Source of the DNA: the human T2T-CHM13v2.0 reference genome, Homo sapiens
DNA: 64,000 nucleotides
NCBI RefSeq assembly: GCF_009914755.1
Contig: NC_060937.1
Strand: one strand, 5' to 3'
Below the pieces are notes generated by a model. It was given only the letters and a program-made list of their open reading frames with translations. It did no database searches and was not told the origin of the DNA. The translations under genes and the position numbers were made by a program. This document shows positions 16,850 through 30,970 of this stretch, piece after piece; position 1 is the first letter of the stretch, and every line of letters begins with the position of its first letter.

Positions 16850-19800
16850 TTAAAGCAACTAGAGAAAATGGTCAGATCACTTACAAAGGGAACTCTATCA
16901 GGCTAACAGTAGACTCTTCAGCAGAAACTCTAGAAGGCAGAAGAGACTGGAGGCCTATTTTTACCATTTTTCTTTTATTTCTTAGAAAAGAAATTCTGAT
17001 CGTAAATTTCATATCCAGCAAACTAAGTTTCATAAGCAAATAAGATATAAAATCATTTACAGGGAAGCAGTGGCTAAAGAAATTCTTTATCATTAGGCAG
17101 CATTACAAGAGTTCCTTAAGGGAATTCTAAACTTGGAAGCAAAAGAACAATATCTGCTACCACAAAAGCACAGACAACTACATAGCCCACAGGTTCTATA
17201 AAGCAACTATGCAAGACTGCAAAGCAACCAGCTGGCACCACCACAGGATCAAAAGCTTACATATCAGTATTAACCTTTAATATAAATCGTTGAAATGACC
17301 CACATAAAAAGCACAGAGTGGTAAGTTGGATTTTAAAAAAGAACTACCTTTCTGCTCTCTTCAAGAGACCCATCTCCCATGAAATGACACCCACAGTCTC
17401 AGAGTAAACTGAGGAAGAAAGATCTATGGCAAGAAAAAGGAAAACAAGAAAAAGCAGATGTCATTATTCTTATATCATATGAAAGAGACTTTAAACTAAT
17501 AACAGTAAAAACAGACAAAGAAGGATGTTACATAATGATAAAGACTTCAATTCAACAAGAGGACTTAACCATGCTAAGTATATACACACCCAAAATTGTA
17601 GCACCCAGATTCATAAAACAAGATATTTCTAGACCTACAAATATATTTGCACAGCCACACAAAAATTCTGGGGGACTTCAACAACCCACTGACAGTGTTA
17701 GACAGATAGATCATTGGGGCAGAAAATGAACAAAGAAATTCTGAGCTTAAATTCCACTGGTATTAAATTTGAACAACTGGAACTATAGATAATAGACATC
17801 TATATAACACCCCATGCAACAAATATAGAATAGAAAGTCTTCCCATCTTTATATGAAAAATACTGTAAGATTGATCACATGCTCAGCCATGAAGCAAGTT
17901 TCAATAAGTTCAAAAAATCTAATTCATACAAAACATGTTCTCAGAAAACAGTAGAATGATGTAAAAATCCATATCAAGAGAAACTCTCAAAACTAAATTA
18001 CAAAAAAGCTGGCCGGGAGCAGTGGCTCATGCCTGTAATCCCAGCACTTTGGGAGGCCGAGGCGGGTGGATCACAAGGTCAGGAGATCGAGACCATCCTG
18101 GCTAACATGGTGAAACCCCGTCTCTACTAAAAAAATACAAAAAATTAGCCAGGCATGGTGGCGGGCGCCTGTAGTCCCAGCTACTTGGGAGACTGAGGCA
18201 GGAGAATGGCGTGAACTTGGGAGGCGGAGCTTTCAGTGAGCCGAGATCATGCCACTGCACTCCAGCCTGGGCGACAGAGCGAGACTCCATCTCAAAAAAA
18301 AAGGCTACATGACTTGCTTCTGAATTACTTTTGGGTAAACAATGAAACTAAGGCAGAAATGTTCTAGGATATGAGTAAAAAGAAAGACGTTGCATCTGAA
18401 ATCACTCGGATTCAGCAAAAGCAGTGTTAAGATGAAAGTTAGTGACCCCAAACACCTACTCAGACAAGTTAGAAAGATCTCAAATTAATAAAATTAATAA
18501 TCTAATTTAACCAAGAGAAAATAGAAAAACAACAAATACACACTAAATCTAACAGAAGAAAAGAAATGACTAAAATCAGAGTAGCTAAATAAAAATTATA
18601 AATCAATAAAACTTAGCTAAAGAAAATTAAATAAAATTTAGGCTCCCAAATCCATGCAAAGAATTAAATAATGAAAGTTGGTTATTTCAATGGATAAACA
18701 AGATATATGGACCATTAGCTAGATTAGTAACGAAAAAAACAAAAGAGAAGATCCAAATAAATACACTGAGAAATGACAAAGGCAATGTTACAACCAATCC
18801 CTCAGAAATACAAAAGATCCTCAGAGACTACTGTGAATACCTCTGTGAACATAAAGTAGAAAATCTAGAGGAAATGGATAAGTTCGTGGAAGCACACAAA
18901 CTCCCAAGGATGAATCAGGGAGAAATTGAATTCCGGATCAGACTAATAATGAGTTACTACATTGCATCAGCAAAAACAAACAAATAAACAAACAAAAACT
19001 ACCAGCCAGAAACAGCCCTGTGCAAGACAGAGTCACAGCCAAATTCTGCCAGATGCACAAAGAAGAGCAGCTACCAATCCTACTGAAACTATTTTAAAAA
19101 ATCAAGGAGGAAGGTCTCCTCCCTAACTCATTCTACGAAGCCAGAATTATTTTCATACCAAAATCTGGCAAAGATGCAACAGAAAAGAAAACTTTAGACA
19201 AATTTCCCTCATGAACATAGACGCAAAATTCTTAACAAAATACTTGCAAAGTAAATCCAGCAGCACAGCAAAAAGTTAGTTCACCACAATCAAGTCGGTT
19301 TTATTCTTTGGATACCAAGTTGGTTCAACATACATAAATCAATAAATGTGATTCATCACATAAACGGAATTAAAAACAGTACCATATGATTATATCAATA
19401 GACACAGAGAGTTTTCAGTAAAATTCAATTTCCCTTTATGATAAAAACCCTCTACAAAGTAGATTTTTTCTTTACGATAAAAACCTTCAATATTGAAAAA
19501 AACATTCTCAAAATAATAAGAGCCATCCATGACAAACCCACAGCCAACATCATACTGAACAGGCAAAAGCTGGAAGCATTCCCCTTAAGAAGTGGAATAA
19601 GATACCAATGCCCACCCTCACCACTCCTATTCAACATACTACTGGAATTCCTAGCCAGAGAAATCAGATAAAAGAAAAGGCATCCAAACAGGAAAAGAAG
19701 AAGTGAAATTATCTTTCTTCACTGAAGATATATTCTATATGGAGAAAATCCTGAAAAGTTCACCAAAAGGCTACTAGACCTGATAAATGATTTCAATAAA

Positions 19801-21715
19801 GTGTAGGACACAAAATCAATGTACTAAAATCAGTGGCAGTGCTATATACCAATAACATTCAAGCTAAGCACCAAATAAAGCATACAATCCTATTTACAAT
19901 AGCCACACAAATAATAAAATAACAAGGAATACATTTAGCTAAGGAAGTGGAAGATCTCTACAAGGACAGGTAAAAAGCGCTGCTGAACAAAATTGTAGAG
20001 ATACAAACAAATGGAAACACTTTCCATGCTCATGGATTGGAAAAATCAATATCATCAAAATGTCCATGTTGCCCAAAGCAATCTACAGATTCAATGCTAT
20101 TCCTATCAAACCATCAACATCATTTCTCACAGAATTAGAAAAAAAAACTACTCTAAAATTCATATGGAACCAAAAAACAGCCTAAGTAGCCAAGACTGTG
20201 GTAAGTAAAAGGAACAAAGTCAAAGGCATTACATTACCCAACTTTGAACTATACTACAAGGCAACAATAAACAAAACAGCATGGTATTGGTACAATGACA
20301 GACACATAGGCCAGTGGAACCAAATAGAGAATCCAGAAATAAAGCTGCACACCTACAGCCATCAGACCTTCAAAAATGAGCAATATGGAAAAGACTTCCT
20401 ATTTAATGAAAAAAGTGCTTGGAAAACTGACTATCCATATGCAGAGGAGTGAAACAGGACCCCTATCTTTCACCATATACAAAAATTAACTTAAAAAGAA
20501 TTAAGGACCTAAAACTATAAAAATCCTAGAATACAACCTAGGAAATACCATTCTGGCCATCAGACTTGGCAAAGAATGTATGACTAGATCCCCAAAAGCA
20601 ATTGTAACAAAACCAAAATTTGGTAAGTGGGACCTAACTAAACTAAAAAGCTTCTAAACAGCAAAACAAAGTATCAACAAAGTAAACAGAAAACCTATAG
20701 AATGGTAGAAAATACTCATAAACTACGCATCTGAGAAAGGTTTAATATTCAGAATCTATAACAATAATCTATAATATATAACAACAAAAAACAAATAACC
20801 CCATTAGAAAGTGGACAAAGGACATAAACAGACACTTCTCAAAAGAAGACATACATGTGGCCAACAAACATATGAAAAATGTTCAACATCACTAATCATG
20901 AGAGATGATGATTGTTGACTGATGATGTAGTTTTTAAGCAAATCAAAACTGCAATTAGATATGCTACACCAGTCAGAATGGCTTATTAAGTAGTCAAAAA
21001 ATAATGGATGCTGGCAAAGTTGTGTTGAAAAGGGAAAGCACATACATTGTTTGTGTGAATGTAAGTTCAGCCACTATTAAAAGCAGTTTGGAGATTTCTC
21101 AAAGAACTAAAAACAGAATTACAATTTCACTCAGCAATATCATTACTGGGGAAACTCCCAAAATAAAATAAATCATTCTACTAAAAAGACACATGTACTA
21201 ATATTTTATATGATAAAATTTATAATATAAATTATTATAGCACATTATAGCACTATGCACAATAACAAAGACATGGAATCAAACTAGATACCCATCAATA
21301 ATAGATTGGATAAAGGAAATATAGTACATATACACTATGGAATACTGCATAGTCATAAAAAGAATTAAATCATGTCCTTTGAATCAGCAAGGTGAAGTTG
21401 GTTGCTGTTGTTCTAAACCAATTAACACAGAGAAAACCAAATACTATATTCACTCACTTATAAGTGGGAGCTAAACATTTGGTACAAATGGACGTAAAGA
21501 TGGGAACAACACAACCTGGGACTACTAATGGAGGGAGGAAAGGTTAAAGGTTGAAAAACTACCTATTGTGTTGTACGTGTGTATGTGTGTGTATGCTCAC
21601 TACCTAGGTGATGGGTTTACTCATACCCCAAATCTCAGCATCACACAATATACCCATGTGTAACAAACCTGCACATGTGCTACCTGAATCTAAAATGAAA
21701 GTTGATTTTTTTTAA
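16850..21715 (+). mobile_element. L1PA15/16-like LINE: ORF1 3' end, degenerate ORF2 and 3' UTR
   Basis: EN and RT remnants (SIQQEDLTMLSIYTP; [17 protein letters not shown]...[16 protein letters not shown]; [11 protein letters not shown]...AWYWY), 3' UTR ending ctgaatctaaaatgaaagttga; degenerate TSD aaaatgaa(a/g)aa. Confidence 0.9.
18011..18302 (+). mobile_element. AluY inserted in the L1
   Basis: Diagnostic gagatcgagaccatcctggctaac and agaatggcgtgaac; TSD-like aaaaaagct / aaaaaggct. Confidence 0.96.
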
Positions 21716-22271
21716 AAAATGAAGAAAATTGCACATTTAAAATACATTATCACACCATTGCTTTCCTATTAGTTTGCTAAAAACCTTAAAGTTGACAACA
21801 TCACTGATGGCAAGTCTTTATTCAAACTAGCTCATCTGCTCACTGCTTGTGGGAATAACAAATGATACTCTTACGAAGGTGAATTTGCCAATAATTAACA
21901 CAATTACATATGTATACATACGCATATTTGCTTAAAACCTGCTACCATACTTCTAGCACAAATATAAAAAATAACTCATGGAATTATTTATTGTGTTGCT
22001 ATCATTAAAAAATCAAAATTCAAGAGTATTACATATGATATTGTAGATTTAAAAAAACAATTATACTTCTGGTTCCAAAATAGTGGTGTAGAACCAAACT
22101 GGTTCCACTCCTCACCACCATGGAAAACCAGAGACAAATATATATCACTGACATTATCCCAGGAATATCCCCTAAGTCAAATATGAGGATGAAACAGCTA
22201 CTGGTTAAATTTTTGCATGAACCCCCAAAATATGTACATCTACTATACATAAGAAAAAATTTAATGAATAC

Positions 22272-22277
<6 letters not shown>

Positions 22278-22304
<27 letters not shown>
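22278..22304 (+). repeat. (TG)n microsatellite
   Basis: Pure tg run read directly. Confidence 0.9.
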
Positions 22305-22306
<2 letters not shown>

Positions 22307-23040
22307 TATGCATATGATATGCATGTGTATTTGCTTACTTAATAAGGGAAATATAACCTGACACTAGTGAAATGGCTTTCTATAGGGGATCATGGGAATA
22401 ATTTGGAAAAATAGAGTTAGGAATAAGACTTTTGTATGTATGCTTTTATATAACCATGAATTAAGGCTAAGAAAAAAAGGACATGCTAAATTTTGATACC
22501 AACAGACACAGTAGATTTTTACTGTGTTTTAACATCATAAGCACAAATAAAAAATAACAAACAGCAGTATTTATTGAACTCAGAACTCTGACTGAACAAT
22601 TTTTTAGCTACATTCTGAGAACAAAATGAACTATATTTAATATTTGCAATGTACAGTGTGCAACATTTTATATGCATTAATTTCCTTAATACTCACAACC
22701 ACCCTACAATATACACACAGTTTCTAAACTCTACAAGTTTCATTATGTAGGCAACCAATGCTTAAGATAGTTAATACATTTGCTGACAATGAAATGCTGG
22801 ATTACATGTCTCTTGAATCTTTACCATCCACATCTGCATTATCCTGATGAGAACAATAACAACCAATTACACATGTAGCTAAGTAGAATAAAGTCAGTTT
22901 TCTTCTATAATTTCTGGATCACTTTATGGCCTTTCTCATTCGTTATTTTCCATAAAATAATATACCACTAATTGAATTGTTTTACATAACACAATCACTA
23001 AGAACATAGGTTAGATATACACATAAAAAGAATGTTGGCT

Positions 23041-23232
23041 CAGCCTGGCTAACATGGCAAAACCCGTCTCTACTAAAAATACAAAAATTAGCCCAGAGTG
23101 GTGGTGCGTGCCTGTAGTTCCTGCTGCTTGGGAGGCTGAGACACCAGAATTGCTTGAACCCAGGAGACAGAGGTTGCAGATCATGTCACTGCATTCTAGC
23201 CTGGGTAACAGAGAAGGAACCTGTCTCTAAAG
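23041..23232 (+). mobile_element. 5'-truncated AluS
   Basis: Starts mid left arm (cagcctggctaacatggc); TSD aaaaagaatgttggct (23025-23040) / aaaaagaatgatggtt (23233-23248). Confidence 0.9.
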
Positions 23233-26200
23233 AAAAAGAATGATGGTTCAAAGATATCAATAACAAAGTGAAAATAAGTGGCAGATACAAAGAACTAATG
23301 TATTTTTATACAGACAAATGTTTGATTCTGCATTGTATTATGTTCTAATATTTAATAAAATTTTGGATTTGTATAGTGCCTATTAAATTATAATCACAGG
23401 CAGTGGAGAAACTCATAAAAATCAATTTATGTTGCCATCATTTTCAGATATGTAAAATGAAAGTGCTGCTCTTAATTTTTCCTGAAAATCATACTATCTT
23501 GGCACATTTTGATCAAAAATTCTTACAAAATTGGTTAAAAAGGAACTTTCTCAAATCTATGCAGCCTCAATATAAGTGACTGTGTCACAAAACTCACTAA
23601 AACTATAAAATGGAGTTGAATGAAAAGTAAAAAATCTCTATTAAAAGTCAAATCTTTAAAATTAAAGATCATCCAACTATGACCAATCATAGCTTTGGGA
23701 ATTTAAGTTTCCATTATATCGCATTACATATTTATTTTTAGATTTCACACTGCCTCACTTACAATGATAAATATTATTCTTGTTATTGTATACTTAACTG
23801 AGACAACAATTAACATTGATGTTATCAAGCTTAGCATACATATTTTGAGAAGAAAATATTAGGAGTATATTTTTCTTTTTCTCATTTGTGGGTATTCATC
23901 ACAGATACACTTTTTTTAAGAGCATGATTTTCAATGACAATTATGTGAACACTGTGAGGACACATATCAACGTTTGTGATTTTTCTGATTTGAAAAAAGC
24001 TGTTAGAGTCTTAAATAAAACAACTTTTTATGACCTGCTGTCTACTCCTTAAGGCAACCTAAAAGGATGTAGGGAACACACTGTAATGGATGTTTTATGA
24101 TTATTCTGCCCATTACACAGTGAATGTTTAGCATTTCACCAAAGCAAACGCTTGCAGTTAGAATCCTGATGAGTTAAATATCCCTCATTACCATGAGCAC
24201 TTACATATTTCCCTTTATGTACAACTTCAAGGTAACCAAACTACTGAAGTTATATTTATGAGGAAAAAAAAGTAAACATTTTGCATAAAAAAGATAAATA
24301 AGAAGTTTCACACAGCTGCTGTTTCACAATTTTGGAAAAGTTACTTCATGCCAAGGTCACTGCGTATGAAATTACTGGCATCTTTACTGAAACCCAGCAC
24401 TTCTTACACAGAAAAGCAGTAAATCCATCTAAGAGAATGATTGGGAAGCTAAAGCAGGGATACAACATCTGTCAAGTAGTTTATGCATCTGGCTTACAGA
24501 AGAGGTTCCTTCTTTTCAAAAAAAGGCAGCTTTACCAGACTGTGTGTGGAAATAAAGATAGGCCCTTACAACGTATCTTTAAATAGATGGCAAATAATTG
24601 AAAGTAAAGTTGTATTTTCATCTTTTTTTCCTACCACATACTAAAATCTATTTAAAGGGAAGTTTCATCATTAACTGAACAAAATTCTACCCATAAATTA
24701 TTGATTGTTGATTAATACTGCACCAATGTAATTTCAGAAGTGAGTCTATCTTAAACTTGACACTGTAAGTAGTTCTGACGTACGCTCGTGAGGAATTTAA
24801 AGGGCTTGTTTGTCAAATATATATATAATATAATCCTCAAAAATAAGTAAGATACAAAAAGAATTAAATTTGTACACATCATAAAAGCAGAAAACAAAAG
24901 ATTACAGGAAAACAATTCTGTACTTAGGGAAATTGGGAAAAGATTATATTAAATGTAACATTAAGCTTTAAAAAATCAAGGCAATCAGTATGAAGTGGGG
25001 GAGGTTTACAAATTAAGGGTAATAAATTACTAACAGAGAATCTTGATTTATTACAAATTCAATATGTCACATAAGTTTGATCTGTTATGTATGTCCACAA
25101 ATAAAATATATTAAAGAACAAAAGAAAAAAGAAATTCATTTTCCGGTGGTGGTAATATACTGTACTCAATACCCCTGAAGTGAAGCACTGACCAAGTATT
25201 GGATCTTTAGCAAATTGTTAAAGAGTCTAAAACTGGAAGCAGTAAGACTAAAATGGCTATTTAACACCGAATAGAGATAGCATAATGATGCATTGTTTCC
25301 ATCTTCAATATGTGACAAGCTTTAAATCATACATTCCACAATATGACACAAAGGAGTCTCATCTATTTTTCTCATATCAGAGTCATAGACCTAGCCTTGG
25401 GTGATAGGCAGCAATTTAGTAGAAGCAGGGGGCAGAATCATAAGAAGGAAGGTCTGGGGACAAGTGAGAAGATATATTTTAAGAATGATGGGGTCATTCA
25501 TAATGGTAAGAGTTCTTGAGAGTTTAGCAGGCTTTAAAAAATAATGAAAATTCTTAAAAGAAGACAGCACTGATAACTTTCAAGAGAGAACAAATGGAAG
25601 TAAGACTATGAGGGTATCGATGATACACATGGTTTTACAGTAAATTGAATAAATGTTGAGAATAATCTATTTTCTAAATTTGGACACCAATAAAAAACAT
25701 AATTTGCAATTATGATTTATAAGGGGTAGCAAAATCATTTATTTTTAAAGATAAAATTGGAAAAAATTATGTAGCTTATATAGAAAAATTTAATTATATT
25801 TTATATTTATACATAAAATTAATATATATAATTTCTATGTGATATATTTCTATATAAATATATGTAAAATGCATATTTGTGTTTACACTTTTTGTTCATT
25901 CTCGTTCTATCTCAGTCTCCTCTCTTTTTATCTCTACACATACACACACACAGACATTTTTTTGCTACATAGAAAAGTAAATTTTAGGCATCAGGTTACT
26001 AAAATATATCATGTTTAAATATGTCAATGTGCATTCCCTAAGACAAAGAACATCCCTCTACATAAACACAACAATAACAATGGTATGCAAGAAATGCAAT
26101 ATGTACACAATCATACGTATTACATTTTCAAATATTCCCAAGTATCTAACTTACATTTTGAAAATGTCTGATTAAAATCACAGCAATGTGAAGTTATTGT

Positions 26201-26464
26201 TTCTATAGAGAGAAAAATTCCATAGGCTAAGTGAAATAAAATAATTTATGAATGGAAATGTTTGTAAACCAATTTTTTATATTCAATAAATTTCAAACTA
26301 TTTTATCTGCATTCCCCATTTTGATTTTGTCTCTTAAACTCATAAAGCTTTATCTGAATTAAGTTGTGTTACAAATGTTTCTTTAAATTATTTGTGTAAT
26401 TAAAAGGGGAATAAGGCATGATGGGATTAAGTGAGGAAAAATATGATATCTATTAGTAGAATAA

Positions 26465-27050
26465 AAGGATCTAGAACCAGAAATACCAGTTGACCCAGTA
26501 TCCCATTACTGGGTATATACCCAAAGGATTATAAATCATTCTACTATTAAGACACATATACATGTATGTTTATTGCAGCACCGTTCACAATAGCAAATAC
26601 TTGGAACCAACTCAAATGCCCATCCATGATAGACTGGATAAAGAAAATGTGAAACATATACATCATGGAATACCATGCAGCCATAAAAAAGAATGAGTTC
26701 ATGTCCTTTGCAGGGTCATGGATGAAGCTGGAAACCATCACTCTCAGCAAACTAACACAAGAACAGAAAACCAAACACCACATGTTCTCACTCATAAGTG
26801 GGAGTTGAACAATGAGAACACATGGACACAGGGAGGGGAACATCAAGCACCAGGGCCTGTCAGAGGATGGGGGGCTAGGGGAGGGATAGCATTAGGAGAA
26901 ATACCTAATGTAGATGATAGGTTGATGGGTACAGCAAACCACCATGGCACGTGTATACCTATGTAACAAACCTGCGTGTTCTGCACATGTATCCCATGAC
27001 TTAAAGTATAATAAAAGACAAAATAATAATAAATAAATAAAAATTAAAAA
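26465..27050 (+). mobile_element. L1PA7-like 3' end
   Basis: aaggatctagaaccagaaatacc...ggggctaggggagggatagcattaggagaaatacctaatgtagatg...cttaaagtataataa plus A-rich tail. Confidence 0.93.
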
Positions 27051-27063
27051 CGGTGAATACGAA

Positions 27064-27450
27064 TGAGACAGGAGAATTTCCTTGACCCCTTCATGGGAAC
27101 CCTTGTGAAGGGGGTGGCTCATTTACTTGGCCACCATGCATACAGGAGGGGGTGCATGCAGGTAAAACAGGAAGGGAGCTTTTTTTTTTGAGGGGGGGCT
27201 CCAGCCCTACAGCAGTGTCCATGGGTGTTACAATGCTCTTTTAGCTTTGCATCATTGATGGCTAAGTGGTAACCAGCTCAGTGGCGAGTCAGGATGACAG
27301 CCTTTTACACCCCTCACTCTTTGTACCCAGGTCCTTGTCCGGAGTCCAGGAAAAATCAAGTCACATGGACTTGAAGGATGGTGAATGCAGGGATTTTATT
27401 AAGTGATGGAGGTGGCTCTCAGGGGGTGGATGGGGAGCTGGAAAGGGGTG
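27064..27450 (-). mobile_element. ERV1 LTR 3' fragment (MER52-like)
   Basis: Begins tgagacaggagaatttccttgacccc (reverse of the LTR 3' terminus); minus-strand AATAAA at 27395-27400; subfamily from recall. Confidence 0.7.
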
Positions 27451-29269
27451 AGTGATTTGCATTAGTGATTTTACAAAGCATGAGTGATTTGCTAATAGTT
27501 CCAACTCAAAGATTCACATCTGTTCATATTTTACAGAGATAACCAATGATTAATCAAAATTTTAACAGTTGTCATACTAATGAATGGTATGGAGAAGTAC
27601 AGCCATGCATATGAAATACAAGAAGCAAGTATTCTGCCATATATATTACTGGTAAAATGTAAAAAAATACAGAAAGACTCTTCTACTTTGACCTCACCAT
27701 CTGACTTTATATGTAAAGTCATATTTATCTAAAAAAATCAATTTGAAAATAACATTCTCTAGGACAACTATCTTATTCAACTTGGCTATTATAAAGTAAT
27801 AATTGATTATAATAGAAAAGTTTGGAGGTACAATTAAATATGAAGATAAAAAATAAGATGCAACACAAGCCCAATAAATAGAAACAACATTCTATTATGT
27901 TACATATTCTTAAATAAAGCTAAAATATTATTCTTCATATAAATTCACCTTCCCTTTTAAATGTAATATTTCCCCTTTTTGTTAAAAATGACATAACATG
28001 TATGTTGAATTTAATATTTGATGTAATATTTTGTTTTGAGGAAATTTTTATTTTTTATAGTTTGTTACAGGTTTGTGGACTAATATTTCTTTTGTGAACT
28101 GGGTGTGTGTAGCTTTTGCACATATTTCTTCTTGTTATTGACTCAAAATTGTTATACATAATAAACATTTTTCTTGCCAAGTTGTTACATTAATATGTTT
28201 TTTTATCCTTCGTGTATTTTTTATGCTTTCTGATATATATTTTTCTTTTTATTAAATAATTTATAGCCGAATATAGCAATCTTTTCAATATTTTTATTTA
28301 TTGACATTTCATGTTGATATAAAAAAAACAATATGAAATGAAGTGCAATGTGTCAATATTTGTTGTCTATATAATACAATAAACCAATATTTTCCAATGT
28401 ACAGTGCTCAATGTGACAAAATCACTCATAGGTTAACAATCTGTTCCATGTACAGGATAGAGAAATTGATTAAAATAAAATTGACTAAAAAAAGTTCATT
28501 GGCATGCTCTCAGGTCACATTTTAAATAACTTGTAAGAAACTATCACTCGTTAACCTTTTTGTATGCCTAAGAATATCCACAATTGTCTGAAAATATTAT
28601 TAAAATATTTTCCCTTTCCCAAATACCTAAGTGAGAACGGAATTTGTTCATTTACTTCAACCAAAACAATATATAACAGATTGAAAGGAGAAGCAGATAT
28701 GAGATTCCAGCTGTTGTCTATGAAACTATGCACTAATCATATTTTTCAAAATGTAAAACAATGCAAATCTTTTCAATAATTGTTTTTACTTTTGAGAATA
28801 ATATGGTGTTCTTCTTAAAATATAATGAAATTATTATTTTTATAAATTAGTAAGGCTTCAAATTTTTCAGTTTTAACTTATAATAATGCCAATATTTATA
28901 ACTCATGGAAATAAAATCTTCACATGTACCCCAGAAACTAAAATAAAAGTTTAGAAAAAAAATCCAGGCCTCTTCCAACTCTACTTATAACCTAAGATTT
29001 TAGAATTGTTTAACCACATAAGTGATGTAAATTTTACATGATTCTTCTTAATAAAACATAGTTTTGTTTTCATTGTTTACCTGTTAGTTGTTTCAAGTGG
29101 AAATGTTTATCAAACTAATAAAACTCTCTATATCCCACAAATTTAGAACATTACTCATTCCTTTGTTTTAAACAATATTAAACATAATGTATATTAGGTC
29201 ATTTTATTATCTAAAGTTTCAAATAAAATCTAAATCTACCCATCATTTTTGACATGGAATCCCATGTAT

Positions 29270-29510
29270 ATGTTTTTCTCTTTTGTTAAAAGACTTTTGA
29301 ATTGTGAGATGTATTTGGGTAGAATTTACATAATATCTTAGTAGAAAGTTGCATTTCTTTAGCCAAAATTAAAGTGTATGCTCTCTGTTGTGGACATATG
29401 GATGCTTTTAATTGGGGTCTGTCATAAATAATGCTTTTATGAGCATTCTTATCATTGACAATATGTATGTTAGGTTTAAAAACATAATGCCAAACAGTTT
29501 TCCAAACTGG
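29270..29510 (-). mobile_element. Old L1M fragment; continues at about 30988-31380
   Basis: tgccaaacagttttccaaactggtagaaccaat is antisense L1 ORF2 3' region (ORF 29286 PVWKTVW). Confidence 0.55.
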
Positions 29511-29527
29511 TAGAACCAATGTACATT

Positions 29528-30970
29528 TTCTAATTTTTTAATTTTTTTGTAATTTTTATTGGTATATAGTAAGTGTATATACTTCTGGGGTACATGAGAT
29601 ATATTGATACAGGCATACAATGTTTAATAATTACATCAGAGTAAATGGGGTAGCCATCACTTCAAGCATTCATCATTTCTTTGAGTTGTGAACATTCCAA
29701 CTGTACTCCCTCAGTTATTCTAAAATGTACAGCAAATTATTGCTGACTGTAGTCACTCTGTATTGCTATCAAATGCTAGATATTAGTCATGTAACTAACT
29801 ATATTTTTGTATTCTTTAACAATCCCAACTTTCCCTTCCCTCCCCACAATCCTTCCCACCCTCTGGTAACCATCATTCTGTTCTCTATCTCCATGAGTTC
29901 AATTGTTTTAATTTTTAGCTTCCACAAGTTAAAAATGTGAGAACATGAGAAGTTTGTCTTTCTAGGTCGGGCTTATTTCACATAATATAATGTCCTCTAA
30001 TTCCATCCATATTGTTGCAAATGACAGGATCACATTTTTTTTATGGCTGGATAGCACTCCACTGTGATTATATACCAAATTTTCTTTATCCATTCATCTG
30101 TTGATAGACACAGGTTGATTCTAGATCTTAGCTACTGGGTGTGAATAGTGCTGCAACAAACATAGGAGTTCAGATATATCTTCAATATACTGATTTCCTT
30201 TCTTTAGAGTAGACACCGAGAAGTGGGATTGCTAGTTTATATGGGAGTTTTATTTTTAGTTTTTTGAGAGACCTCCACACTATTCTGCAGAGTGGCTGTA
30301 CTAATTTACATTCCCACCAAGCGTGTGAGGGTTCCCCTCTTCACACCCTCACCAGCATTCATTATTGCCTATTGTTTGGATAAAATGCATGTAACTAGGG
30401 TGAGCTGATATCACATTGCAGTCTTGATTTGCATTTCTTTGATGATCAGTGATGTTGAGCACCTTTCATATACTTGTTTGCCATTTTTATGTCTTCTTTT
30501 ATGAAATGTCTAATCAGACTTTTGCCTGTTTTTTAAATTGGATTATTAGACTTTTTCTAATTGAGTCTTTAGAGCTCCTTATATATTCTGGTTATTAATC
30601 CTTTGTCAGATGAATAGATTGCAAATATCTTCTGTCATGCTGTTAATTGTCTCTTCACTTTGTTGATTGTTTCCTTTGCTATTCAGAAGCTTTCTAACTT
30701 GATGTGATCCCATTTGTTCATTCTTACTTTGGTTGCCTGTACTTGTGGGGTATTACTTAAGAAATCATTGCCCAGACCAATGTCCTGGAGAGTTTCCCCA
30801 ATGTTTTCTTTTAGTAGTTTCGTAGTTTGAGGTCTTATATTTAAGTCTTTACTCCATTTTGACTTGATTTTAGTATATGGCAAGAGATAGGGGTCTAGTT
30901 TCATTCTTACACATACGAATATCCAGTTTTCCCAACACCGTTTGTTGAAGATCGTCCTTTCTCCAATACA
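29528..30970 (-). mobile_element. 5'-truncated L1MA2/3-like LINE
   Basis: T-rich tail, L1MA 3' UTR (ggggtacatgagatatattgatacaggcatacaatg), ORF 30683 MKLDPYLLPYTKIKSKW...KWDHIKLESF; perfect 17-bp TSD tagaaccaatgtacatt. Confidence 0.92.

Noticed and set aside
24332-24586. 84-aa ORF in unique sequence as a coding exon
   Set aside because: TTG start, no recognisable homology and no convincing splice-site pair.
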